Shown: positions 36,401 to 49,684 of the stretch, piece by piece
Layout: every line of letters starts with the position of its first letter
How positions within the stretch are numbered: the first letter of the stretch is position 1
Source of the DNA: Zygnema circumcarinatum SAG 698-1b
Taxonomy: Eukaryota > Plantae > Zygnematophyceae
Direction: 5' to 3'
Assembly: GCA_037447605.1 (NCBI GenBank)
Contig: CM074812.1
Span: forward strand, 2,170,001-2,234,000
DNA length: 64,000 bases
Notes under the pieces: model-generated
Told to the model about the DNA's origin: nothing
What the model saw: only the letters and a program-made list of their open reading frames with translations
Databases searched by the model: none
Translations under genes and position numbers: made by a program

Positions 36401-39400
36401 CTCTACCTCTCGCTCCTCTCCCTCTCCCCCTCCCCCTTTACCTCTCCCCCCTCCCCCTCCCCTCCCTCCCTCCTTCCCTCCCTCCCTCCCTCTCTCCCTC
36501 GCAGTGTGGACGAGTTCTTTGACTGCCTGGACAGCTCCCTTGGGTCCCCCTCGAGCGTGTGCGGAAGCGGCCTTTGGACGTGGACCTGCTCCGCCCTCAC
36601 TGCTCTCTCCGCCGCCTCGAGCATCGCCGCCGGATCAGCGCTAATCTTGCCAGGTATACATATGTAAATAGAAATATAAAAAATAGAGACATATAGAGAG
36701 GGAGAAGGGAGAAGGGAGAAGGGAGAAGGGAGAAGGGAGGAGGGAGAAGGGAGAAGGGAGAAGGGAGAAGGGAGGAGGGAGAAGAGAGAAGGGAGAAGGG
36801 AGAAGGGAGAAGGGAGAAGGGAGAAGGGAGAAGGGAGAAGGGAGAAGGGAGAAGGGAGAAGGGAGAAGGGAGAAGGGAGAAGGGAGAAGGGAGAAGGGAG
36901 AAGGGAGAAGGGAGAAGGGAGAAGGGAGAAGGAGAAGGGAGAAGGAGAAGGGAGAAGGGAGAAGGAGAAGGGAGAAGGAGAAGGAGAAGGAGAAGGGAGA
37001 AGGGAGAAGGGAGAAGGGAGAAGGGAGAAGGGAGTAGGGAGAAGGGAGAAGGGAGAAGGGAGAAGGGAGAAGGGAGAAGGCAGAAGGGAGAAGGGAGATT
37101 GCAGAAGGCAGAAGGCAGAAGGGAGAAGGGGGAAAGGGAGAAGGGAGACGATGTATAGATATATAGATATATAGACATTGTGTATTGGTGTCTATGATGA
37201 TTAACCGAACGGTTAGGCTTCAGTTCTCTGAGATAAGAGAAAAGAGTTAGGGGAAGTGGGGCGAGATCGAGATAGGGTGAAAGGGAGGGAGGGATTGAGG
37301 GCAGAGAGGAGTGGGGGGAAGAGAGAGAGAGTGGGAAGGACAGAGTGAGAACACAGAAGGTTGGGATGTCTCTTTTTGAACAACAGAACGAGAGTCAAAA
37401 GGGTGGAATGCGTGTAACCTTATTGACGAAAAAATAAAAAAATGTCCTATCATAAAACCATCAACTATACCATCATATAGCCAGCAAATATACTATGTAA
37501 AACAGTGGTTCAATGGGTGTAAACTTTTTAAAAAATACACATGTATATCGATATTTCTATATATTTATATACAACATCAGAGACACAAACATAGTTCATG
37601 AGGAAATATGAACTATGACTCGTCAAGGATAGGAGAGGGAGAGGGAGGGGGAGGGAGGAGGGAGGAGGGGGAGGGGAGAGAGTAATTTGGGAGAGTCCCA
37701 AAAACTTCAAAGGAACGGTTTTTCTTATTTGCCTGCTAATCGCATAGTGTTTTTCTCTTTCTTCTGAACACTTTTTTTTTTTCCATCCAGTTTCTTCCTT
37801 TCCAGCCCATATTTCTGCAACTGCCCGACTGGCCTCCCTCTCTGTCTACCTCTTTTACGACGAAAATTTGGAGAAATGTGGAAATTTGGAAATTTTTGAG
37901 CCGATTTCTAAAGAGAGGAGTGGACCCAAAGGCCCCTCAGAACATAGTGAGGGTTTTTCACGATGTATCGAGATATTTGCGGAGCAGGCAGTTATTTCCG
38001 TCTCGGTATGGAAACGAAACCCTAACCTTCTTCATACATGAAGGGCATATTGCAGTTTAGATTTGGAAAGAATATGTGCCCCCACTCTCTCTCTCACCAT
38101 CTCCCGCACTCCCTCCCTCGTCCCTCTCACCCACCACTTCCTTTCTGTTTCCTCCCTCCTTTGTTCCTCTCCTCCTCTTTGTCTTTCCTCCCTTCCTCTT
38201 TTCGACTCTCTTCTCCCCATTTCTCCTCATTCCTCCCTCCACATCCCATTTTCCTCTCTTCTCCCTCTCACTCTCCCTCTCCCTTTTCTCTCACAGGTCT
38301 CTGATCATCAAACTGCAATTGAAGCTTCAATTTCTGTCTTTGAATTAGCGGAGCAGCTTCCTCTGAACGAAAAATCTTCTTCATGCTCATTCAACGATTG
38401 GATTAAAGAAGCTAATAAATCTCTCCCTTCACCTCACATTGATAGTAAGAGTGGGAGAGAAGCTCTCTCTCTTGAAGGTTTAGAGAGAAGACTCTACCTT
38501 AGTTTCTCTCAAGCAGCTCCATCTTCACTTAATAAACTCAATAGTCCGCTAGTAATAGGAGGCACTCAGGAAGCTTCCGCCCTAAGGTTCACCGTTACTT
38601 GGGGATTGAATGGAGGGAGAGAGGAGAGAGAGAGAGAGAGAAGTTTGGATATAGCAGCATTCCTTCTCCCTGCTTCTTTATGGCTCGAACTCGAGTCCAT
38701 ACATCGGATGGCAAAACTGGTTTTAAAATGGAAGGAGGAGGTTCAGAAATGCAATAATGTTAAGGAAAAAAGTTCTCCAGTTAGACCCAATTTGGACGAG
38801 TACGGGTTTAATAGAGGAGAAGAGGAATCAAGATCAGATATCACCAAGTTCCGTGTCCGTTTCCGTTGCCCTGTTCTCCGTATCGGATTTTGCTGTTTCC
38901 CCCAACGGAACGGAGAGCGTATGTACGGAATTGAAGAACCCCCCCTTTGTAAGACGGAGAAAATGATGTTCTTTGTACTTGATTTTACTGGATATCCGTT
39001 AAACAGTGGGAGAGGAAATGGGTGGAGAGACGCAGCCAATGGAGAGGCTCGACAAGCTCTTTTGACATTTGAAAATACACCGCGGAAAGGAGAGAAAGGA
39101 GGACGAGGGAGAGGAGAGGGAGAGGGAGAGGGAGAGGGAGACTCTCTCAGTGTGTGTGTAACAAGAGCTGCTGCTTTTCTTGGAGAAATCTATTCCGCAA
39201 CCGGACAAAGATTTGAAAGAAAGTGCTTCGGTTTTATAAGCTTAGTAGCAAGAGAGAGTAATACAGGAGGAGAAGGAGAGGGGAGAAGAGGGAGTGGGAA
39301 TGGAGATTTAGCCGTTGGGAGTGCTGCAGTGGTAGAGGTTTGCTTTTCGGAGAGAGAGGGAACAGGAAACTCCCTTATGAAGGAAGCTTGGGAAGCAACT

Positions 39401-40705
39401 ATGGCTCAGAGGAAGAGAGCGGATGGTGGTAGTGGAGTGGGAGGGAGCCATGGAATGGACTTTGCAGCGGCAGCAGTGGGAGAGGCAGGTGTAGAGGATG
39501 TCTATGCATCTGATGTGAGAGAGCAGATATTAGCTACCTCTAAAGTTACAGTGGTTGGAAAATTCCAAAGAGTAAATATTGAAAGCTCTGAATCTCAGAT
39601 TGAGGTCCTTTTGAAGATGTTAAAGCATGTAGAGGAAGACTTCGAGATAAGGAAGATTGTGGCCCAAACCTCTTCTTCAAGTGAGAGGAATAGAGGGAGG
39701 GAGAGTGGTAGGAAAGAGGAGAGGAGTAGGCAATTTGCTTTGCAGACTTCCTTTGATTCTGTGGAGGTTTTACTTCGCCTACAAGCCGGAGAGGAGGTGT
39801 TGGGAGGAGAGAGGAGAGGTGAGAGGGAGGGAGAGAAGGTGGAGGAGAACGGAGAAGAGAGAGGAGAGAGGAGAGGGGAAGGAGTGTGGGAGAAGCCTAT
39901 ATGGGGCCAAGGATGGAAGCATGTACGAGTAATAGTGGAGAATGTGGCCCTTTTCTATGCAGAAGGAGTAGGAGGAGTGGTAGGAGGGAAATATATGTGG
40001 GTTCAGCATCGAGAATGTAATATATATGCTGCTCGAACTGATGTAAAAACTGTACATAGAACGCAAAGTAGCCATGGAAGTAGCTCTCCCACTCCCTCTG
40101 CCTCCTCTTCTGGATATCCTTCTCTTGGGGAAGAGTTCAAGGTGTTCGAGTGTAAAGAAACTGCAATAGGGAGAGGAGACGGAGGAGTGGGAGAGGGAAA
40201 TGCGTTAGCGGGTGGGGTAGTAGGAGCAGCAATTACATATGTTAGCTGGCCAGGAAGAGGTAGAGGTAGTGAGAGTGTGATCGCTGTGAGTGTGAGAGGA
40301 GCAACACTCATTGCAAAAGGAGGGCGGGTGGACTGGATGATGGCTTTGAAAAACATGTTTATAGAGAATGTCGAGAAGTACGGAAGGAGAGAGGGAGAGG
40401 AGGGAGAGGAGGGAGAGGAAAGGAGGGAGGGAGGGGAAGACAAGGAAAAGATTTCGAGAAGAAAATCTTCAATGTATTTGTTGCTCGATATTTACGATTC
40501 TGCTGTTGCTTATGAGCCCAGTTCGACGGGGATGGAGGGGCAAGGAGGAGGGTCAGGTAGGCCTGCCACCTCCTCTCTCTCTCTCTCTCTCACTCTCTCT
40601 CTCACACTCTCTCTCTACTCTCTTTCCCACTCTCACATAGCCTGCGGTCTTTTTCCTGTCGAAGGGTTCTGGAAGGAGTCATATTTGCATTGTATTTTGA
40701 CTGAC

Positions 40706-40744
<39 letters not shown>

Positions 40745-43700
40745 CTCCCTTTCTCCCTCTCCCCCTTATTCCACTCTCTTCCCCACCTCTATCTCTCTCC
40801 CTCTCTTGCCTCCCTCTCTCTCTATCCCCCCCTTTCTCTCTCTCCCCCTTATTCCACTCTCTTCCCCACCTCTATCTCTCTCCCTCTCTTGCCTCCCTCT
40901 CTCTCTATCCCCCCCTTTCTCTCTCTCCCCCTTATTCCACTCTCTTCCCCACCTCTATCTCTCTCCCTCGTTTGCCTCCCTCTCCTTCCATTTTCCCTCC
41001 CCTTCTCCCTCCCCTTCTCCCTCCCCGCCTCCCTGCTCTCTCACCCTCCCTCCCACTCCCTCCCTCTCCCTCTCTCTCCCCCAGCCCGGTCCTCCCTCCT
41101 CCCTCCCGTTGCAGGGGTAGTGGCTGCCGCAGCCCTGCGTGTGGCGGGTCGTCTCCCTCTCCTCTCCCTCTGGGTTAGAGACACAGCGGGAGGTCTTCTC
41201 CCTTTGGGAGGTTGTATAGAGCAGGACTACTCAAGATCTCAATTGCAAAAAGCAGGATTCGTCCAGGTATGGCAATATTCCTCTCCTTCCTTCTCTGTCT
41301 CCTCTCTCTCTCTCTCTCTTTCTCTTTCGCTTTTTGCTCCCTCCGCTCTCTCTTTCGCCCTCTCTCTATCTCTCTCTCTGTCTGTCTGTCTGTCTGTCTG
41401 TCTCTCCCTCTCTCTCGCCCCCTCCCTCATTTCGCCCTCCTTTTCTTCCCCCTCTCTCACTGTCCCCCGCTCTATCTTTCCCACTCTCTGTCTCTCTGTC
41501 TGTCTCTCCCTCTCTCTCGCCCCCTCCCTCATTTCGCCCTCCTTTTCTTCCCCCTCTCTCACTGTCCCCCGCTCTATCTTTCCCACTCTCTGTCTCTCTG
41601 TCTGTCTCTCCCTCTCTCTCGCCCCCTCCCTCATTTCGCCCTCCTTTTCTTCCCCCTCTCTCACTGTCCCCCGCTCTATCTTTCCCACTCTCTGTCTCTC
41701 TGTCTGTCTCTCCCTCTCTCTCGCCCCCTCCCTCATTCCGCCTTCCTTTTCTTCCCCCTCTCTCACTGTCCCCCCTTCCCTCTCCTCTTCTTCTTCTCTC
41801 AAAACCCCTTCCTTCTCTCGTTGTTTTCCACACCCTCCTTCTGTTGGATCTTCTCCATTCTCTTGCACTCTCTCCCTTTCTCCTTGTCTCTCTTCTCTCT
41901 CTTCTCTTCTCGCTCTCCCTTTCCTCTCTCTCTCTCTCCCTTTCCTCTCTCTCTCTTTCTCCCTTTCCTCTCCCTCTCTCTCTCTCCCTCTCCTCTCACT
42001 CTCTCTCCCTTTCACTCCCACTCCCTCCCTCCCCACCCCCTCCCCCCCTCCTACCCCCACTTATATACCCCCAAACTAAACTTTTTGAGGCGGGGAGAGA
42101 GTGCCAGGTGGCGCGCTGCGCTGTGCTCGGAGCGAGCGTACGGACCAATGAGGACACAGCGCCAGCGTGGCAGATCCTCTGCTCCAACTTCCTATTACGG
42201 CTCGACACGTGTCGCGATTCTGCAGCGGCTGCTGCCAGGCTGGCGGGACAGCTGTCGCAATTGCTGGCCTCCGATGTGGTCCCCACACGCCCTCCGGGAC
42301 CTCGCCACGTGTCAAATCTGGGCAGGGTTTCGGCGAATCAGACGTGCCGAGATGGCCACGTGGCGTCTCCTCATTGGCTGGAGCATTCTGTTGTTGGCGG
42401 AATTGCGGAAAGGAACAGCAGGGGGGTTGGGAGAGTGGAAAGTGGAAATGGAGTTTATTTGAGAAATTCGAATTTAGGAGATAGTAAAAGTAATGGTCAG
42501 ACTTTACTTGCAGGGTTGGAGGAGAATGCATTTTCTGTGCAAAGGGTAGGAGGAGATAATAGGGGAGGCAAAAATTCATGGGAGTTTAGCCACCCTTCCA
42601 GTGAGAGGGTTGGTAGAGATGGGGGAGACGGGCAAGAAGGGAGAGAGGGGAGAGTGGAGGGAGATGGGAGAGAGGTGGGAGACGGAAGCGATGAGAGAGG
42701 TGGGAGAGACATGAGAGGTGTGGGAGAGGGGAGGGAGGGAGCCATGGTGTATAGCATTGAATCTCCCTCTTTTGGTACAGTTGGACTCCCTTTGTTGATA
42801 GAAGACTTCTTTAGGAATGGATGCCGGAACACGGCAGGGAGTGAGAGGGGGGAGGGAGAGGGAGGAGAGGAGGGAGAAAGCAGGAGAAGTGTAGAGGGAG
42901 AGGGTAATGGAGAGGTTAAGGGAGATGGGAAGGGAGAGGGGAAGGGAGAGGGGAAGGGAGGGGGCAATGTTGAGGGGAAGGGAGAGGGAGGTGGGAGAAA
43001 TCTGCCTTTGAATGGAGGTCAACCTCAAGCAGCATGGTATGATGGGAGTGGAGCAACCCTGAGGGAGAATCATATTCCGGAACCGATGAAGGGAGAGGTA
43101 GGAGGTGGGAGAGGAGGAGGTGGGAGTGGTGGGGTTGAAGAAAGTAAGTCTCTCCTTCCTAGACGGTATCCTCCCTCTGTTGGGAGAGTCCACCTAAAGG
43201 GAGTGAGTGTGAGATGGAGGCTATATGGAGGTACGGATTGGTCTCCAGATTTGGAAGGAGGGGCGGGAGAGAGTCGGAATGACAGTGGGAGAGGAAGGGC
43301 GAGGAGTAGAGAGAGAGAGAGGGGGAGGGAGGGAGAGAGACCGGAGAGAGAGAGTCACCGTGATACCGATGTATGTGTAGAGGTAGTCCTTGAGGGAGTG
43401 GAAGTCCAACATGACATTTTTGGAGAGGGAGTTTCCTACGCTTCCCGATTGGCAGTGGGAGTGAGAGAGGTGGGAGTGTATGACTGCAGTAGAGATGCCA
43501 CGTGGCAGCTTATTATGGGCTACCACCGCTCTAAGGGGATGCCAAGGGAAGCCTATTCTAGAGCAGTTCGAGTCCTTATGGATGCTGTACGGCCCGACCC
43601 AACGGCTATATTTGAAGAGTACAGGTGGGTTTCTCCTCCCACTCTCTCCTTCTATCTCTCCCCCTCCTCCTCCTCCCCTCCTTTTCAAATTTTCAGTTTA

Positions 43701-45872
43701 AAAATTTCAAAAAAAATTCCCCTTATTGCAATTTCCGTTCACAATTTCCATAAATTTTTCAGGTTGACTCTCGCCCTCTTCCCCATTCGTCTCCACCTCG
43801 ATCATCGCCACGTGGATTTTTTCACCCAATTTTTTTCACCTCCAGTTTCGAAGAGTGGAAAAAGCTCCGGAAGTGAAAATTCTGAGAATTCCACTTCCGG
43901 AAATTCCCCTTTAGGACTTCTCACAGCCCTCGAACTTGAAGCAGCAGAGGAGGCTGAGGCGCTACTTCCTTTTTTTCAGGCATTACTTCTCTCTCTCTCT
44001 CTCTCTCTATCTTTTTCTCTTTCTCTCTCTGTCTCTCCCGCCTCACCTTTCTCTTCCATCACTCCCTCTCCCTTCACTTCTCACTACCTCTTTCTTTCTG
44101 TTTCCGTTTTCTCTCTCCCTCTCTACTTCTCCCCCTCGCGCTTTCTCCCCTTTCTCTCGCTCTCTCTCTCCATCTCTCCCTCTCTTTTTTGAACCCACCT
44201 CTCTTACTCAAACCTTCCTTCCCATTTCCCTGTTCCCTTTTTCTTCTTTCTCTCTCCTTCACTCCCCTCCCCCCCCTTCCTCTCTCCTCTCTCTTTCCCC
44301 AACTCTCTCTCCCGTCACTTCTCTCTCGTCCGTCTCCGTCTCCATCTCTTTCACGCCCCCTCTCTCACTCGATCCCTTCCCTTCTTCCTGTTTCCGTTTT
44401 CCTCCCTCTCTCCCTTTCTCTCCTCCCCCCTGTCCTTCTCTCCCCCCCCCACCTCCCTCTCTCCCTCCCTCCCTCCCTTCCTCCCTCCCTCTCTCCCTTT
44501 CTTTCCTCCCCCCTGTCCTCCTCTCTCCCCCCCACCTCCCTCTCTCCTTCCCTCTCTCCTTCCCTCCCTCCCTCCCTTNNNNNNNNNNCCCTCCCTCCCT
44601 CCCTCCCTCCCTCTGCAGATCTGCGAAATGCGGCCTCTGAGTGTGAGAGTGGACTACAGTCCCGGGCGGGTCGACCTCAGTGCTCTGCGGGGGGGAAGCC
44701 TCGGGCAGCTCGCCAACCTCGTCTCGTGGAAGGTCTGCTAAGGGGTTCAGAGTCGTAGGATTAGGGTTTAAGGTCTAGGGTGCGAGGCGTAGGTTGTTGG
44801 GGTTTTGGGGTCGAGGGTCGAGGGTTTAGCATCTAGGGTTTTGGAATGGAGGGGTGTGTTTAGGTAATTGGGGGAAACGAGAAAGAGCTTTCATAGAACA
44901 TAATGATTCAATTTGGTAAGTCATTTCAATTCATTTAGTAGTGCTTCAGTCCGTCGTCCACCATGAACAACTCCATTTCTAGAGTTACCTTGTGTACAAT
45001 GGACAATGTTCAATGTTCAGTGTTCAATGTTCATTGTTTATTGTACAATGTTCAATGTTCCATGTTGAAGGTTGAATGTTGAATGTTGAATGTTGAATGT
45101 TGAATGGGCGTGCAGGAGGTGGACGTGGAGTTGAAGGGCGTGCGGGCTCAGGGCGTGCACGGGTGGGGGAGCTTCGGAGGCATCGTGGCGGGGGAGTGGC
45201 TGGAGGACATCTCGCAGAGGCAGGTGCGTGCGGGAGGGAGGGAGAGAGGGAGGGAGGGAGGGGGAGGGAGAGGGGGGAGACGGGAGATGGGAGATGGGAG
45301 ATGGGAGATGGGAGATGGGAGATGGGAGATGGGAGATGGGAGATGGGAGATGGAAGGTGGGGTAGGATATGGGAGAGTGGGGAGATGGACGATGGGCGAG
45401 GATATGGGAGATTGGGGAGATGGGAGATGGGAGAAGAGATGGGAGAAGGGAGAGGGGGAAGGGGGAAGGGGAGGAAGAGGGGGGAGATGGGAGAGGAGAT
45501 GGGAGAGGAGATGGGAGAGGAGATGGGAGTTGAGGGAGGGGGTGAGGGGGAGGTGGGAATGGGAGGGAGAGGGGGAAAATGGGATATGGGAGAGGAGATG
45601 GGGGAGGGGGAGAGGGCGAGGGGGGAAGGGGGAAGAGGAAACGGGAGTGAGGGAGGGGGGGTCGAGGGAGAGTGGCTTATTCCATTGGTTTTTTTATTTC
45701 CTTTATACTTTTTCCCCCCTCTCTCTCTCCCTCCCGCAGCTCCACAAGCTCCTGCAGGGCGTGGGTCCCGTCTCCCCTCTCTGCGCTGTGGGCGTAGCGG
45801 TTGCGGAGCTGCTCACTCTCCCACTCGAACACTACCGACGTGACCGTCGCCTCCTCAGAGGCATGCGGAGAG

Positions 45873-45915
<43 letters not shown>

Positions 45916-48248
45916 CGCCCCCTCTCTGTGTGTCTTTCTCTTGCTATTCCCCCTTCAATTCTCTTCACCTCCACTCCTTGTCTCCCCTCCTTTCCCTCCC
46001 ACTCTCTTCTCGTCTCTCCCTCCCTCGCCCTCTTTCTCACTTCCTCCCTCTCACTCCTTCTCCTTCCCCTCCCTCCTCCCTCCCTCTCCTTCCTCTCCCT
46101 CTCACGGCCTCTCCCTGCTCCCTCTCCCTCTCACTCCGTCTCCTTCCTCCCTCTCCCTCTTCCCTCTCCCTCTCACTCCCTTTCCTTCCTCCTCTCTCCC
46201 TCCTCTCCCTCTCACTCCCTCTCCCTCCTCCCTCTCCCACAGGTGCCGTAGCCTTTGTCAAAACCGTCTCCCTCGAAGTCCTTGACATCGGAGCCCACCT
46301 CGCGGGAGGAGCCCACGAATTTCTCCATCTTGCAGAAACTGCCCTTGGGGGACTGCCAGGTGGCAGCACGGCATTGGTCGCAGCTGTGGTAGTTCCCGGA
46401 AACCCTAAATTGTCCCAAAGCCCAAATTACCACCAGGCCCTCCAAAACCCCCAAAATCCCAAAACACCCAAAAACCCTAAGTCTCCCCAGAACCCCAAAA
46501 ACTCAAAAGAGGGGTTTCAGCAGGCCTGTGAGAGCCTCTCTTGGGGTTTCCAAAGGAGTGCTAATGGGCTTGTGGGAGAGCCGGTAAAGGCTTTTCAAAG
46601 GGGAGTGGGAGCGGGAGGAGTGGTAGGGAGAGCCCTAAGAGGGGCCCCTGCAGCCCTAGTAGCGCCGGCATCGGGAGCGGCGGGAGCAGTACAGAGGGCG
46701 CTGCTGGGAGTGAGGAACGGGTGAGTGAGGGGATGGGAGAGGGTGGATGGGAGAGGGAGGAGGGGAGGGGGAGGGGAGGGGGAGGGGGAGGGGGAGGGGA
46801 GGGGGAGGGGGAGGGGGAGGGGGAGGGGGAGGGGGAGGGGGAGGGGGAGGGGGAGGGGGAGGGGGAGGGGGAGGGGGAGGGGGAGGGGGAGGAGGGAGGG
46901 GAGGGGGAGGGGGAGGGGGAGGGGAGGGGAGGGGGAGGGGAGGAGGGAGGGGAGGGTGGAGGGAGAGGAGAAGGGGAGGGTGAGAGGATGGGGAGGGAGG
47001 GAGAGGTTGGGAGAGGGAGGAGGGAGAGGGAGGAGAGAGAGGGAGGGGGAGGGAGTGGGAGGAAGGGAGAGCGAGGGAGAGGGTGGAGGGAGAGGGAGGA
47101 GAGAGAGGGAGGGGGAGGGGAGGGAGGAAGGAGAGCGAGGGAGAGGGTGGAGGGAGTGGGAGAAGGGGAGGGTGAGAGGATGGGGACGGAGGGAGAGGTT
47201 GGGAGAGGGAGAGGGAGGGGGAGGGGGAGGAAGGGAGAGCGAGGGAGAGGGTGGAGGGAGAGGGAGAAGGGGAGGGTGAGAGGATGGAGAGGGAGGGAGA
47301 GGTTGGGAGAGGGAGGAGGGGAGAGAGAGGGGAAGGGAGTGGGAGGAAGGGAGAGCGAGGGAGAGGGTGGAGGGAGAGGGAGAAGGGGAGGGTGAGAGGA
47401 TATGGAGGGAGGGAGAGATTGGGAGGGGGAGGAGGGAGAGGGAGGGGGAGGGAGTGGGAGGAAGGGCGAGCGAGGGAGAGGGTGGAGGGAGAGGGAGAAG
47501 GGGAGGGTGAGAGGATGCGGAGGGAGGTGGGGGAAAGAGAAGGGATGAGGGAGAAGTACGGAGGAGGGAGGGTGGGAGGGAAGGGAGAGGGAAGTGGAGG
47601 GAAGTGGGAGAGGGGTGGGAAGGGGAAATTTGACGAGGGGGGAGGGGAGGAGAGGAGGGAAGAGGAAGGGGACGGGAGGGTGGGAGGAGGGGCATGGGGG
47701 GAGGGGGAGGTGAAAAGGTAAGCGGGAGGTAGTTGGAGGGGAAGGCGAGAGGGAGGGGGGAAGGGATGGAGGGGAGTGGAGCGGGGAGGGGAGGAGAGGG
47801 AGGAGAGAGGGAAACGGAGAGTAGGATTGGCAGGGGAGGGTGTGGGAGTCGTGAAGGGAGGAGAAGGTTGAGAAGTTGAGTCGAGGGGGGAGAAAAATGG
47901 GAGGAGACGAGAGGAGAGTGAGGAGTAACGTGGGGGTTCAGTGGAGAACAAAGAGAGAGCCGAGAGATACGAGGGAGCTACAGGGGAGGGATAGCTTGGG
48001 AAGAGGAAACTGGGAGTTGAGAGAGTGAAGAAAAGGGTAGGGAGGTGAGGGAAAGATTGGAGAGTGGATGGAGGTGAGGGAGGAGAGACCGAAGAGTGCT
48101 TTTCCTTTTTCACTTATTTCTACTCCTGTTTTCTGTTTTTCGCTTTCTAATGTTTGTGAGCAGACTCGATCCTGAGCGGAAGAGAGAGAGCGACGAAAAG
48201 CACTCGGGACCACCTCCTGAGTGTACACGGACATTGACATTTGGCTGA
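33472..48248 (+). CDS. ATG2: Autophagy-related protein 2; 13 exons 33472-33648, 34170-35629, 36505-36653, 37791-38005, 38297-40556, 41115-41266, 42108-43624, 43763-43979, 44619-44732, 45116-45223, 45740-45872, 46243-46720, 48164-48248 (~2354 aa)
   Basis: Chorein-N start [19 protein letters not shown]...[12 protein letters not shown]. Also [10 protein letters not shown]...[76 protein letters not shown], and [23 protein letters not shown]|[10 protein letters not shown]. Splice phases add up to 7065 nt. The exact start codon is uncertain. Confidence 0.93.
36690..37140. repeat. (GGGAGAA)n heptamer array in ATG2 intron
   Basis: Directly visible. Confidence 0.9.
41400..41760. repeat. ~105-bp CT-rich tandem unit x ~4 in ATG2 intron
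   Basis: Repeats of ctctccctctctctcgccccctccctcatttcgccctccttttcttccccctctctcactgtcccccgctctatctttcccactctctgtc. Confidence 0.85.
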
Positions 48249-49684
48249 CTTTAATGGCAGGGGTGGGAGAGGGGTGGGAGGGAGGAGAGGAGGCGAGAGG
48301 AGAGGCGAGGGGATGTTAGGAGAATATAGGGGATTTGAGGAGTGGAAAAGACGAGAGGAGAGGAGAGCAGTGGGAGAGAGGAGGGGGTAGGAGGGAGGGA
48401 GAGACGAGGAGATGGGTGGAGAGAGGGATGGGGGTGGAAACGATGAAGAGGATAGGAAAGAGGAGAGAAGAGGAATTGAAGGACGTGAGAGAGGAGAGGA
48501 GAGAGAGGAGAGGAGAGAGAATGGAGAGGAGAAAGTGAGGGGACAGTACCTGTTTCGGATGTAGGCCTATTTTTTTTTTTTTTGTTTTTACACCTTTGTT
48601 ACTCGCCCTCTCCTGCCCCCTTTCTTTCTTTTGCTTAAAATATCTGCAAATTTTAAGACGCTCTGACCCTATGGCTAGAAGACCATTTCTATGTAAATAA
48701 GTTCCGTTAGCAGTTCCGCCACATTGGCTTTCTATTCTACATTTAGGCGTTCTATGCTTAAAGAAGGGGTCCCACCGTAAAGTTCTGTGAGAAATTCGAA
48801 TTTCTCTGTTGTACAAAATTGAATAAAAGGAATAAACTGAACCTCTTGCATTTGTACGTATGAAAGAAAGGTTGATTTTCGTTTTTTTTTTTTTTATTTT
48901 AGATTTTTTAGGTTCTCACCGTATTTCTGATACATCCCCTTTGCGTTTCTTGAACTCTTTTCTTTCTCTCTCTTCTTTTTCTTTTGTCTTGTTTCTTTCC
49001 TTATGTCGTCATTCTTCACGAACAGTTGAATACCCCAAAGACTCAAAAATTCCCAGAGACTCGGTTTCGTATTGTCTTCTCCGTTTTTTGGATTTTTTTC
49101 TCGAAAGTGCTCCTTCCCGGAAAAAAAACTATTTCAAAAAAACTAAACAGAAGTTTTACTGGCTTTGATACTTCAATTCTCAAAGCTAACAAACCCTAAA
49201 TCTTTTTCGCTGCACAGTACTTGCTACTGTACCCAAAAAACAAAACCCCTAAAAACTCTAAGAACCTTTAAAACCCCAAACACCCTTAAAAAGCGTTAAC
49301 TTCAATTTTCTAGAGGTGACTTTTTCTGTTCTCGAATCTACTGTACGGAGAAATCATTTCCCGTAAACAGAAGCGCAACGGTAGTCGGTGACCGACAGGT
49401 CCTGTGCCATCCACCAATCAGGAATCGCCACGTGACAGGAAATGCACACGTGGCCGAAGGTCATTGGAACATGGTGCACCTATCAGGGCTGTCTAAAAGT
49501 CCTTTTGTCGGCACTCGCGTGCTTGACAGCCACACTTTTCCCTCTCCCACTCACGGCATCGGTCTCCTTCCCTCCGTCCCTCCCTCTCCCTCCCTCTCCC
49601 TCGCTCCCCCTCTCTCTCTTCTCCTCTCCCTCCCCGAAGCAGCCTCCCACCTCGAGATCGAGCAGACTCTCTCTCTCTCTCGGA

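Noticed and set aside
38063-42079. 1338-aa ORF as an independent gene
   Set aside because: It is ATG2 exons 5-6 plus read-through of CT-rich introns.
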